A stretch of DNA of 11,066 bases from Nitrospirota bacterium (GCA_029858565.1 JAOUEV010000089.1:1-11066), one strand, 5' to 3'; positions 1-7,301 are shown, counted from the first letter of the stretch. The notes: generated by a model from the sequence alone, not told the origin. Program-made: numbers and translations.

Positions 1-290
1 GGCAGATACTTCGGCAGGGTGAACTCGATGGCGTCCTTCTCGTTGACCAGCAGGTTGATCTCGTCGACCTTGCGGGTGAACGTCGCCAGCAGCACGCCGT
101 CGGTCGTCCCGACAGTGAGCAGCAGGGCCTTCTCCTTTTTCTGCTTTGCCTCGACAATCCCCTTGACCACGACGGTCTTGCCCGCGATCCATTCAGGAAG
201 GTAGGGGCGCAGGTATCCGGGAACAAAGACCGTGCCGAGGATGCCTGCGACGATGCCGATGAGCAGTGCTGCGATGAGTGATCTGTTCAA
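1..290 (-). CDS. Hypothetical membrane-anchored protein, 3' end runs off the window
   Basis: Not in the ORF track. Manual translation from TTG at 290: MNRSLIAALLIGIVAGILGTVFVPGYLRPYLPEWIAGKTVVVKGIVEAKQKKEKALLLTVGTTDGVLLATFTRKVDEINLLVNEKDAIEFTLPKYL..., open to position 1. GAAAGGA RBS just upstream, GC3-rich codons, one N-terminal hydrophobic helix. Confidence 0.8.
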   Translation of the reverse strand, partial: MNRSLIAALLIGIVAGILGTVFVPGYLRPYLPEWIAGKTVVVKGIVEAKQKKEKALLLTVGTTDGVLLATFTRKVDEINLLVNEKDAIEFTLPKYL

Positions 291-397
291 TGGTTGATCC
301 TTTCAAAGCAAGCAGGAAGTAAGCGTGAGAAAATATTATGTCTCCTGTTCCACGTTCCGGGAACATGCCGTTCCCCGCCTCAACGCCTTCACCCCCG

Positions 398-1516
398 CTA
401 CCAATCCTGCTCCTTTGCCAGGGACACGCTGTAATCGTCGTTCACCACGAAATCGATCTCGCGCGGATCCCGCGCATCCCGCGGGTCGAACTTTGCCAGG
501 AAGCCGTCGGCCCCGGGCGACCCGTCGGGCGGGAAGAACGCGTCCAGCAGTTTGATCTGCGGCGTTGTGTCGGCATCGCCGGAAAGCATGATCTGGAGAT
601 AGACGGGATCGTACCTCAGCAGTTTTCGGAACTCGATCGTGTAGAGCGAATACTTGTGGACCTCGGTTACCCGGTTGACCGTCCGATCGTTCATCTCCCC
701 GTCTCGCGATCTCGAGTGGCTCTGGACGTGGCGTACGCGGTTCACCACCCTGCCCTTGATCGTTTTGCCCGGCGCCGCTACGGACATCAGCTCGCTCCGG
801 AAACCCTCCCGCAGTTCCGCGAACTTTTCGTCGTACCCGGTCCTGATGCGGTTCGCCAGGTACCCGCTGACGATCACGACGAGCACCATGACCACGGCAA
901 CTGCGGTCACAACCGCGGGCAGGGAATAGCCTGTCCAGGCTGTGCAGTTCTCCGATATGGCCTGGACGGTCAGGCGCGCAGGCGGGCGCTGCTTCTGGAG
1001 GTGCTCGCCCACCATCTTGAACGTGATCAGGTAGAGCATGCCGAAGGAAAAGGCGGTCACGATGAGCAGGATCGACGTCATTCGGTAGCTCTGCACCTGC
1101 AGGCTCTGATAGGTCCCGGTCAGGTACGGCCGGAAGTAGACCACGGTCTCGAAGGTGTCCTTGAACGAGCTTGCCGCCCGCGGCGGCAGATTCATCGCGA
1201 CGGCTCCATATTCCCTGTGCTGCGGCTCATAGAACATGGCCTGCTGGTCGTTCACCGGATAGCCCAGCATGGCGCCTTCGTGGGTCATGGTCATGGTGAT
1301 TGCGGTGAAAGGCGTCTGCAGCAGGGCCAGGAGCGGGACGAACCCGATCAGGAAGAGAAAGGCCCAGGCGGAGGGCCAGATGAATTCCTTCTGCCTGATC
1401 TGCGAGAACAGGACCTGCTGCACATCGAGTCCGAACAAGCGGGAGAAGACGCGCAGGACCAGATAGGCGGTTGCGACCATCACCAGGAAGACGACCAGCG
1501 CTTGCAGGCATCTCAT
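398..1516 (-). CDS. Hypothetical multi-pass membrane protein (about 4 hydrophobic segments plus a C-terminal soluble domain)
   Basis: 372-aa ORF. AAAGGAG RBS before the ATG at 1516, GC3-biased codons. Hydrophobic stretches LVVFLVMVATAYLVL, AWAFLFLIGFVPLLALL, ILLIVTAFSFGMLYLI, AVVTAVAVVMVLVVIVSGYL. No family recognised. Confidence 0.8.
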   Translation of the reverse strand: MRCLQALVVFLVMVATAYLVLRVFSRLFGLDVQQVLFSQIRQKEFIWPSAWAFLFLIGFVPLLALLQTPFTAITMTMTHEGAMLGYPVNDQQAMFYEPQHREYGAVAMNLPPRAASSFKDTFETVVYFRPYLTGTYQSLQVQSYRMTSILLIVTAFSFGMLYLITFKMVGEHLQKQRPPARLTVQAISENCTAWTGYSLPAVVTAVAVVMVLVVIVSGYLANRIRTGYDEKFAELREGFRSELMSVAAPGKTIKGRVVNRVRHVQSHSRSRDGEMNDRTVNRVTEVHKYSLYTIEFRKLLRYDPVYLQIMLSGDADTTPQIKLLDAFFPPDGSPGADGFLAKFDPRDARDPREIDFVVNDDYSVSLAKEQDW

Positions 1517-1539
1517 GAGCGCTCCTTTCGACAGGCAAG

Positions 1540-1585
1540 ATGCGAATTGTTTGAATGCAGATCAAAAGCCGTGTTCAATTCGCAT
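1540..1585. repeat. Perfect 10-bp inverted repeat upstream of the membrane-protein gene
   Basis: ATGCGAATTG (1540-1549) and CAATTCGCAT (1576-1585), 26-nt spacer containing an inner TTTGA/TCAAA pair. Confidence 0.6.
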
Positions 1586-1681
1586 GAAGCACCTTCTGGG
1601 TTAAAGATTGGCGTCTTTTCCCCAGAGTATATCAGAGCTCAACCGTTCTGGTATGCGCTGGAGGTGCCCTTTATATGACTA

Positions 1682-1695
1682 TCAGGTCTACTTTC
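1682..1695 (+). repeat. Left inverted end motif of the RAYT element
   Basis: TCAGGTCTACTTTC, 3 bp beyond the RAYT stop codon. It lacks the outer GGG seen in the other copies. Confidence 0.8.
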
Positions 1696-1698
1696 CTA

Positions 1699-2556
1699 TC
1701 ATTTCGTTTCTTTCGCGTTCACGATCCTGCTGATGGATGTGAAAAACAGCCCTAAATGTTCAGCAATCTCCCGTTGACGATAACCATGCGTTTCAACAGC
1801 TTCCCTTATCGCCTTGTTGCGTTTTGCCTTGTTCCCGCGAATCTTCTGGCTGAAGAGCCTCTCAAGTGACGGTCTGTCCGCATACCGCTGACTCCTGGGA
1901 ATTTCCGGAATGTCCCGCTGCTCTTTGAGATGGTCTCTGAATCGGTCGGCAAAGCCTTCCTCTCCGAGAAGGGCCTGACCTTTCACCTCTGTCCAGATCG
2001 TTGGCTTTCCTATGCCCCAGCTTACGAACTGGCGATACTCCTCTTCCGCCTTTCCCCGCTTCCCGCTGAACTGGCCCAGCACCCAGTCCGTTGTCAAACA
2101 GGGATGGGGCTTTGCCCGCCCGCCGGTCGCGCTATAACTTGACCATTTCCACACCTCAGGCTGTTCCACCATCCTGGCCCTGACCGGGTTCAGAACCACA
2201 TATCTGCAGACTTCGAGAAAATGGCTGTCCTTCTGGATAAGGATGGCTTTGTACCTGCCTTGGAACAGATGCCCGGTCCTGCCGTGGCGTTTGTTGAAAA
2301 GCTGCGTGTACACGCCGTTCAGCTGCCGCATGCCGAGGGCAAGGTTGCCGTCCGGGGTTTCGATAAGAAGATGGTAATGGTTGGTCATAAGGCAGTAGGC
2401 GTGGCAGATCCAGTTGTATCGCTTGTTGACGTGCTGAAGCGTGTTCAGAAAGTTCTCGCGGTCCTGATCGTCTTCGAAGACCGGTTTCTTTTCATTGCCA
2501 CGCGATGTGACATGATATACAGCGCCGGGGTACTCGATGCGGAGGGGACGGGACAT
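1699..2556 (-). CDS. REP-associated tyrosine transposase (RAYT/TnpA-REP, IS200/IS605-like Y1 HUH family) with C-terminal HTH extension
   Basis: N-terminal MSRPLRIEYPGAVYHVTSRGN, HUH motif in AYCLMTNHYHLL, GHLFQGRYK, catalytic Tyr region RYVVLNPVRA, WKWSSY, and a C-terminal HTH-like GYRQREIAEHLGLFFTSISRIV. Confidence 0.95.
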   Translation of the reverse strand: MSRPLRIEYPGAVYHVTSRGNEKKPVFEDDQDRENFLNTLQHVNKRYNWICHAYCLMTNHYHLLIETPDGNLALGMRQLNGVYTQLFNKRHGRTGHLFQGRYKAILIQKDSHFLEVCRYVVLNPVRARMVEQPEVWKWSSYSATGGRAKPHPCLTTDWVLGQFSGKRGKAEEEYRQFVSWGIGKPTIWTEVKGQALLGEEGFADRFRDHLKEQRDIPEIPRSQRYADRPSLERLFSQKIRGNKAKRNKAIREAVETHGYRQREIAEHLGLFFTSISRIVNAKETK

Positions 2557-2562
2557 GGGGTG

Positions 2563-2591
2563 ACTATAACAGAAAATTGGCAGAACGGCAA
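2563..2591 (-). promoter_or_regulatory. Predicted sigma70 promoter of the RAYT gene (leaderless transcript)
   Basis: Minus strand reads TTGCCG-17 nt-TATAGT with an extended -10 TG, then CACCCC and the ATG. There is no Shine-Dalgarno sequence. Confidence 0.7.
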
Positions 2592-2608
2592 GAAAGTAGA
2601 CCTGACCC
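2592..2608 (+). repeat. Right end motif of the RAYT element, GAAAGTAGACCTGACCC
   Basis: Inverted partner of 1682-1695. Identical copy at 7285-7301; core AGACCTGACCC also at 9913-9923 on the minus strand. Confidence 0.85.
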
Positions 2609-2638
2609 TTTTATGCGCTTATATGCGCTTATATGCGC
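2608..2638 (+). repeat. 10-bp tandem repeat x3 abutting the RAYT end motif
   Basis: CTTTTATGCG CTTATATGCG CTTATATGCG C. The last unit contains the stop codon of the neighbouring gene. Confidence 0.9.
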
Positions 2639-2946
2639 CGTCTCCTCCGCATCTGCCGGTCCAGTTCATCCCGGATACTCAGGATTCTTGTGCGTAATTC
2701 CATGCAGCGCACGGTAAACGCCCGGGTCGGCATGTTCTCGCAAATCTCGCGCCGCTCCAGGTCGTTCAAGATCAGTTGCATTCTCGTCAGCGCCTGCGCG
2801 TTCTGCTGCGCTTCCCTCAAGCCAGAGCGGCCCCCGGCATACAAGGACCCGATGGATTGCGCCAGCAGTTCGACCTGCGATTCAAGATCGCTTATCGTCC
2901 GTATATCGGGCGGCAATTCCCTATTGTGCTGTACGGAGTCCGTCAC
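2629..2946 (-). CDS. Small hypothetical helical protein downstream of cheW (about 105 aa)
   Basis: Track ORF is 2629..2982. A GTG at 2946 preceded by GGAGG is the more likely start and removes the overlap with cheW. Amphipathic helical pattern and Arg-rich C-terminus. Confidence 0.65.
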   Translation of the reverse strand: MTDSVQHNRELPPDIRTISDLESQVELLAQSIGSLYAGGRSGLREAQQNAQALTRMQLILNDLERREICENMPTRAFTVRCMELRTRILSIRDELDRQMRRRRRI

Positions 2947-2965
2947 GCCTGCTCCTCCGAGACGA

Positions 2966-3475
2966 CTATTCCTGTTGATCACCGGGCATTACAGCGGCTG
3001 TCGACAGCTCTGCAGCTGTCAGCTCGGCAGCGGAAAAGACCCGGTCGATTTCCAGAATGATGATAAACCGGTCATCCCGCCTTCCCATGCCTTTGATGAA
3101 TTCGGTCCGGAGTTTCGTTCCGATCTTCGGCGGCGGAGAGATCTGGCCCGGCTCCAGGTCAAGCACTTCCTGCACCGAGTCCGCCAGGCACCCCAGGACC
3201 GTGGTATCGTTGTCTACCGTCACCTCGGTGATGATCACGCAGGTATTTACCGTCTTCTCTGTGGTGGACATCCCGAACTTGAGCCGCAGGTCCACGACCG
3301 GCACCACGCTGCCCCGCAGGTTGATCACCCCGCGCATGAAGTCCGGGGTCCGCGGCACCTTCGTCACCGTGGTGAAGTCCAGCACTTCCCGCACCTTTCC
3401 GATGTCCAGAGCATAGACCTCTTCCGCAAGCTTGAAGGTCAGGTATTGCGTCGTTTGGATGATATCAACAACCAT
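2966..3475 (-). CDS. cheW: Chemotaxis coupling protein CheW
   Basis: QYLTFKLAEEVYALDIGKVREVL, TKVPRTPDFMRGVINLRGSVVPVVDLRLKFG, GCLADSVQEV. Start moved to the ATG at 3475, which follows an AGGAGG RBS. Confidence 0.96.
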   Translation of the reverse strand: MVVDIIQTTQYLTFKLAEEVYALDIGKVREVLDFTTVTKVPRTPDFMRGVINLRGSVVPVVDLRLKFGMSTTEKTVNTCVIITEVTVDNDTTVLGCLADSVQEVLDLEPGQISPPPKIGTKLRTEFIKGMGRRDDRFIIILEIDRVFSAAELTAAELSTAAVMPGDQQE

Positions 3476-3496
3476 AATGGCCTCCTGTGATTGAGT

Positions 3497-3577
3497 CAGA
3501 GACAAGAGACGAGAGGCAAGCGACAAATCTCCAACCTTCCCCGGCGCCTATCCTTTGCCTCTGGTCTCTCGTCGCTG
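3497..3577. repeat. Inverted pair of heptamer tandem arrays forming an intergenic hairpin between mcp and cheW
   Basis: CAGAGAC AAGAGAC GAGAGGC AAGCGAC (3497-3524) and GCCTCTG GTCTCTC GTCGCTG (3557-3577). Arms 3498-3519 and 3555-3576 are complementary at 19 of 22 positions. Confidence 0.75.
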
Positions 3578-3580
3578 CTT

Positions 3581-5269
3581 CTAGAATTTCTCGAACTCCT
3601 TATCCTTCGCATCTTCCTTCAGCGCGGCAGTCCGTCCCATCTCCAGGTGCACGCCCATCGCGGTTTTTTGCGGTCTGGCGGCGGCAAGATGGGCGATCTT
3701 CGGAACATGCTGCACATGCTTCAGCTGCCGCCGTGTCGACTCCGGAAGCGCATGGCCGTTCCCGTTCACCTTGAAAAACGCCACGATAGCCTGGAGCTGG
3801 TCCGCCTGGGACGACAGCTCCTCCGCAGTCGACGACATCTCCTCGGCGGCTCCCGCGTTCTGCTGCACCACCTGGTTCAGCTGCTGGATCGCGTTGTTGA
3901 TCTGGTCAGCGCCGCTCGCCTGTTCCTTGGACGACGCGCTGATCTCCTGCACCAGTTCCGAGGTCTTCTGGATGTCCGGCACCAGCTTGGCAAGCATCTG
4001 GCCGGCCTTGTCCGCAACGTCCACGCTCCTGACCGACAGATCGCTGATCTCGCCCGCGGCAGCCTGGCTCCGCTCGGCCAGCTTTCGCACTTCCGATGCG
4101 ACCACCGCGAATCCTTTGCCGTGCTCGCCCGCCCGGGCGGCCTCGATCGCCGCGTTCAGGGCCAGCAGGTTCGTCTGGCGCGCGATCTCCTCGATAATGG
4201 TGATCTTCTGGGCGATCTGCTTCATCGCCTCCACGGTTTCCGCCACGGCCTTGCCGCTCTCCTGGGCGTCCGCGGCGCTCTTGAGGGCTATCTTCTCGGT
4301 CTGCATGGCATTGTCCGCGTTCTGCCGGATCGTTGCGTTCATTTCCTCGACCGACGAGGAGGCCTCTTCCGTGGACGCCGCCTGCTCGGTCGTGCCCTGG
4401 GACATCTGCTGCGCCCCGGCGGAGAGCTGCTCGCTGCCCGAAGCCACGTTGCTCGCCGCGTTCTTCACGTCCGCAACCACCGCCTTCAGCTTTTCGAGCA
4501 TGTTCTTCATGGCGCCGAGCAGCATGCCGGTTTCATCCCTGCTTCTGACTGCCACGTCAACGGTCAGGTCTCCCGATGCAAGCTTCTCGGAAATCGCTAC
4601 GCCCTCGGCAAGCGGTTTGGTAATGCTCCGGGAAATAACCAGGCTTGAAGCAATGCTGATGATGATCGCCGTGACCGCCAGGACAAGCATGATCCTGACC
4701 GTGCGGGATGTCGTTGCCTCGATCAGCGGCTTCGCCTTGTCCATGGCATCCGAGGCGTCCACGGCCATTTGTTTCGCGCTTGCTTCCACCCGGTGTATTT
4801 CGTCCTTCGCGTCGCTCAGCATCTTGTTTGCGTCAGCCGCGCTTTTCACCTCTCCGCTCCTCAGCATTCCGACGATCCTGTTCATGCTGTTTTCGTACAC
4901 CAGGAGATCGGCAAGCATTGCCTTCATCTTGTCCTTCTCCTCCTGGTGGTCAGCATACTTCTCCATGTCCTTGAGCCGCTCATGAACGCTGTCGTTGTCT
5001 TCTTTCCACTTTTTCAGGTATTCCGATTCTTTCTCGCCATTCCCGATGTTCAGGAACAGGTCCTTTTCATAGCGCCGCATGGCGTTCACGTTCGCCCGCA
5101 TGCGCGATGCATGCTCCTGCATGTGCGCATCGCCCTCGAGAATGAACAACGCTGTTCCGGACACGCTCGACGCTCCCCAATACCCCACGATACTGATGAT
5201 GATCAGCATCAACAGCAGAAAACTGAAACCCACTCCCAGCCTTGCACCGATACGAAGATTGTTCAACAT
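3581..5269 (-). CDS. Methyl-accepting chemotaxis protein (two TM helices, periplasmic four-helix-bundle-type sensor, HAMP, signalling domain)
   Basis: Hairpin tip [53 protein letters not shown]...GDLT...DETGML, C-terminal pentapeptide EFEKF. Start moved to the ATG at 5269 after an AAGGAGG RBS. Confidence 0.96.
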   Translation of the reverse strand: MLNNLRIGARLGVGFSFLLLMLIIISIVGYWGASSVSGTALFILEGDAHMQEHASRMRANVNAMRRYEKDLFLNIGNGEKESEYLKKWKEDNDSVHERLKDMEKYADHQEEKDKMKAMLADLLVYENSMNRIVGMLRSGEVKSAADANKMLSDAKDEIHRVEASAKQMAVDASDAMDKAKPLIEATTSRTVRIMLVLAVTAIIISIASSLVISRSITKPLAEGVAISEKLASGDLTVDVAVRSRDETGMLLGAMKNMLEKLKAVVADVKNAASNVASGSEQLSAGAQQMSQGTTEQAASTEEASSSVEEMNATIRQNADNAMQTEKIALKSAADAQESGKAVAETVEAMKQIAQKITIIEEIARQTNLLALNAAIEAARAGEHGKGFAVVASEVRKLAERSQAAAGEISDLSVRSVDVADKAGQMLAKLVPDIQKTSELVQEISASSKEQASGADQINNAIQQLNQVVQQNAGAAEEMSSTAEELSSQADQLQAIVAFFKVNGNGHALPESTRRQLKHVQHVPKIAHLAAARPQKTAMGVHLEMGRTAALKEDAKDKEFEKF

Positions 5270-5423
5270 GCTATTTCCCTCCTTCAACTGAATTCTCACG
5301 TCTTTGTTATTCACCGTCCGCGCGGCCCCTCGGCGCCAGGGGACCAAGAAGCGGCCCCGCACAACCAATGAATGATTCTTGAACCTGGTTACGGCAGTAG
5401 CAGTCAATAATACAGATTAATAT

Positions 5424-5440
5424 TGCACATACCGTGCCGA
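5424..5440 (-). promoter_or_regulatory. Sigma54 (-24/-12) promoter for mcp-cheW
   Basis: Minus strand TCGGCACGGTATGTGCA gives GG-N10-GC and matches the TGGCACG-N4-TTGC consensus closely. It lies in an intergenic region next to a sigma54 activator gene. Confidence 0.75.
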
Positions 5441-5499
5441 AGGGAATGAAAAGAATAACCTGTTGAAAGACAAGCGGATTCCAGGAGCGGGAAGGAGAA

Positions 5500-5551
5500 C
5501 ATTATCAGACGCAGGTGATAAAATTATCGCCGTGATAATGTAATGATAAAA
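5500..5551. promoter_or_regulatory. Candidate upstream activator/operator sites (TGATAA repeats and palindromes)
   Basis: CATTATCA (5500-5507) and TGATAATG (5533-5540) form an inverted pair. GGTGATAA-AA-TTATCGCC palindrome at 5514-5531. TGATAAAA at 5516 and 5544. Confidence 0.5.
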
Positions 5552-5592
5552 AATGCCTGCTTCTTCAGACGGGAAGGGATAGAAGGAAACGG

Positions 5593-6912
5593 TCAGTTGG
5601 TCGAAATATTCATTTTCTTTATTCTCCGGTAGAGGGTCGCCTGGGACATTCCCAGGACCTTTGCCGCCTCTACAACATTGCCGTTGCACTGCCGGAGCGC
5701 GTTCCGGATGGATTCGTATTCGTTCTGATCAGTGATCCGGCCGCTTTCCGGAACCGGCTTTGCGCTGCTCCAGAGGCCGGTGAAATGGCTTGTCCCGATC
5801 TCCCCGCCGCGCGACAGAAGCACGGCCCGCTCGATCAGATACTTGAGCTCCCGGATATTGCCCGGCCATGGATAGGACACGAGAAACTGCATGACCTCCG
5901 GCCCAAGATCGCGGTAGGAGTAATTGCACTGGACAAGAAAATGCCTGACCAGCGGGGGAATATCCTCGGGCCGGTCCCGCAGCGCCGGGATGCGCACCGG
6001 CAGAACCTGCAGCCGGAACAGCAGGTCCTTGCGGAACCTGCCGGCCCGCACTTCCTGTTCCAGGTCGCGGTTGGTCGCGCAGATCAGCCGGAAGTTGCTC
6101 ATCCGCACTCTCGTCTCCCCCAGCCTCCGGTAGGTCTTGTCCTCGATCACCTTCAGGAACTGCGCCTGGATGGACAGGTCCATATCGCCGATTTCGTCAA
6201 GAAACAACGTGCCCCCGTCGGCAGCTTCCAGCAATCCGGGCTGGTCCTTGATCGCCGTGGTGAAGGACCCTTTTGCGTGGCCGTACAGTTCGCTCCGGAG
6301 CAGCTCGCCCCGGAAACTCGGGCAGCTCACCTCCACAAGCGCCTCGTTGCGGCGGCTTCCGCTTTCGTGAATCCATTGCGCAAGAACGCCTTTTCCGACA
6401 CCGGTCTCGCCCGTGATGAGCACCGGAACGTCGTTCTCCGCCGCAATCCGGGAGATTTCCAGAACCTGCTCCATGGCTTTTGATACCCCGAACGTAAATG
6501 TTCCTCGTTCCTTCAGCAGGTCGCTGGTCCTTGCGCGGCGTCTGAGCGCCTCCATTTCAAGGCTTTTTTCAAGAAAAACCGATAATTCCCTGAGCTTGAC
6601 CGGCTTGATCAGGAAGTTGTCGGCCCCTTTCTGCATGGCTTCCACCGCCAGGGGGATGTCCCCCTCGCCCGTGACCACCACGATCGCCGCTGTCGGATTC
6701 GAGAGGCGCACATCGCCGATCAATTCTACGCCCTTGCCGTCAGGAAGATGCTGGTCGATGATCGCCGCGCGATATTCCCTGCTGGCCAGCTGCTCCCGGG
6801 CAGCGCCGACAGACATCGCGGTGGCGACGGCATACCCCTGCTCCTCCAGGAACTTCTCGAGAAGGCGCAGCATCGCTTGATCATCATCAACAACAAGAAC
6901 GTTCTTCTTCAT
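5593..6912 (-). CDS. NtrC/AtoC-family sigma54-dependent response regulator (REC-AAA+-Fis HTH)
   Basis: REC motifs VLVVDDD, IIDQHLPD, IKP. Walker A GETGVGK, loop 1 ELYGHAKGSFTTA, Walker B LFLDEIGD, FRKDLLFRL, WPGNIREL, HTH AAKVLGMSQATLYRRIKK. Confidence 0.96.
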   Translation of the reverse strand: MKKNVLVVDDDQAMLRLLEKFLEEQGYAVATAMSVGAAREQLASREYRAAIIDQHLPDGKGVELIGDVRLSNPTAAIVVVTGEGDIPLAVEAMQKGADNFLIKPVKLRELSVFLEKSLEMEALRRRARTSDLLKERGTFTFGVSKAMEQVLEISRIAAENDVPVLITGETGVGKGVLAQWIHESGSRRNEALVEVSCPSFRGELLRSELYGHAKGSFTTAIKDQPGLLEAADGGTLFLDEIGDMDLSIQAQFLKVIEDKTYRRLGETRVRMSNFRLICATNRDLEQEVRAGRFRKDLLFRLQVLPVRIPALRDRPEDIPPLVRHFLVQCNYSYRDLGPEVMQFLVSYPWPGNIRELKYLIERAVLLSRGGEIGTSHFTGLWSSAKPVPESGRITDQNEYESIRNALRQCNGNVVEAAKVLGMSQATLYRRIKKMNISTN

Positions 6913-7044
6913 ATCGGAACTGCCTCAACTGGGGATACACATCTGGACCGAAGAGCGAAATCCCTTGATCCTCGACAGGCGAATTATATCACGAAAACAC
7001 GCAAAAAGATTCTCTGCGGCAAGACAGGCTGACCCTATGGCCTC

Positions 7045-7301
7045 TCCGGGGTTTTGATAAGAAGATGGCAATGGTTGGTCATAAGGCAGTAGGCGTGGCA
7101 GATCCAGTTGTATCGTTTGTTGACGCGCTGAAGCCTGTTCAGAAAGTTCTCGCGGCCTGATCGTCTTTGAAGACCGGCTTCTTTTCATTGCCACGCGACG
7201 CGACATGATATACAGCGCCGGGGTACTCGATGCGGAGGGGAGGGGACAGGGGGTGACTATAACAGAAAATTGGCAGAATGGCAAGAAAGTAGACCTGACC
7301 C
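7045..7301 (-). pseudogene. Truncated, degenerate copy of the RAYT 5' end, promoter and end motif
   Basis: Aligns to 2351-2608 with 12 substitutions and one 1-bp deletion by manual count (about 95% identity). Start ATG changed to CTG, frameshift near 7156, HYH changed to HCH, and only about the first 68 codons are present. Confidence 0.93.
7256..7284 (-). promoter_or_regulatory. Retained RAYT sigma70 promoter facing the response regulator gene
   Basis: Minus strand TTGCCA-17 nt-TATAGT with extended -10 TG. Confidence 0.6.

Larger units (their letters stand above)
1682..2608 (-). mobile_element. RAYT element: Y1 transposase gene bracketed by inverted end motifs
   Basis: TCAGGTCTACTTTC (1682-1695) is the exact reverse complement of GAAAGTAGACCTGA (2592-2605). 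The pair tightly encloses the transposase ORF and its promoter. Confidence 0.8.

Noticed and set aside
304-397. Short TGTTCC/GGAACA stem and weak periodicity between the first two genes
   Set aside because: Only 6 bp of pairing and no U-tract; not distinguishable from chance.
338-1678. 446-aa plus-strand ORF
   Set aside because: Antisense shadow of the GC3-rich minus-strand gene; no motifs or plausible composition.
2608-2638. Tandem arrays considered as a CRISPR array or a classical target-site duplication
   Set aside because: Units are 8-11 bp with no spacers and no cas genes, and the copies sit on one side of the element rather than one on each side.
4562-4571. GGTCAGGTCT match to the RAYT motif inside mcp
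   Set aside because: It encodes the conserved HAMP residues G-D-L-T, lacks the full CCC end and has no adjacent array; coding coincidence.
2633-5371. Plus-strand ORFs 2633..3490, 3491..4648, 3771..4985 and 4769..5371
   Set aside because: Antisense to cheW and mcp; typical stop-poor reverse frames.
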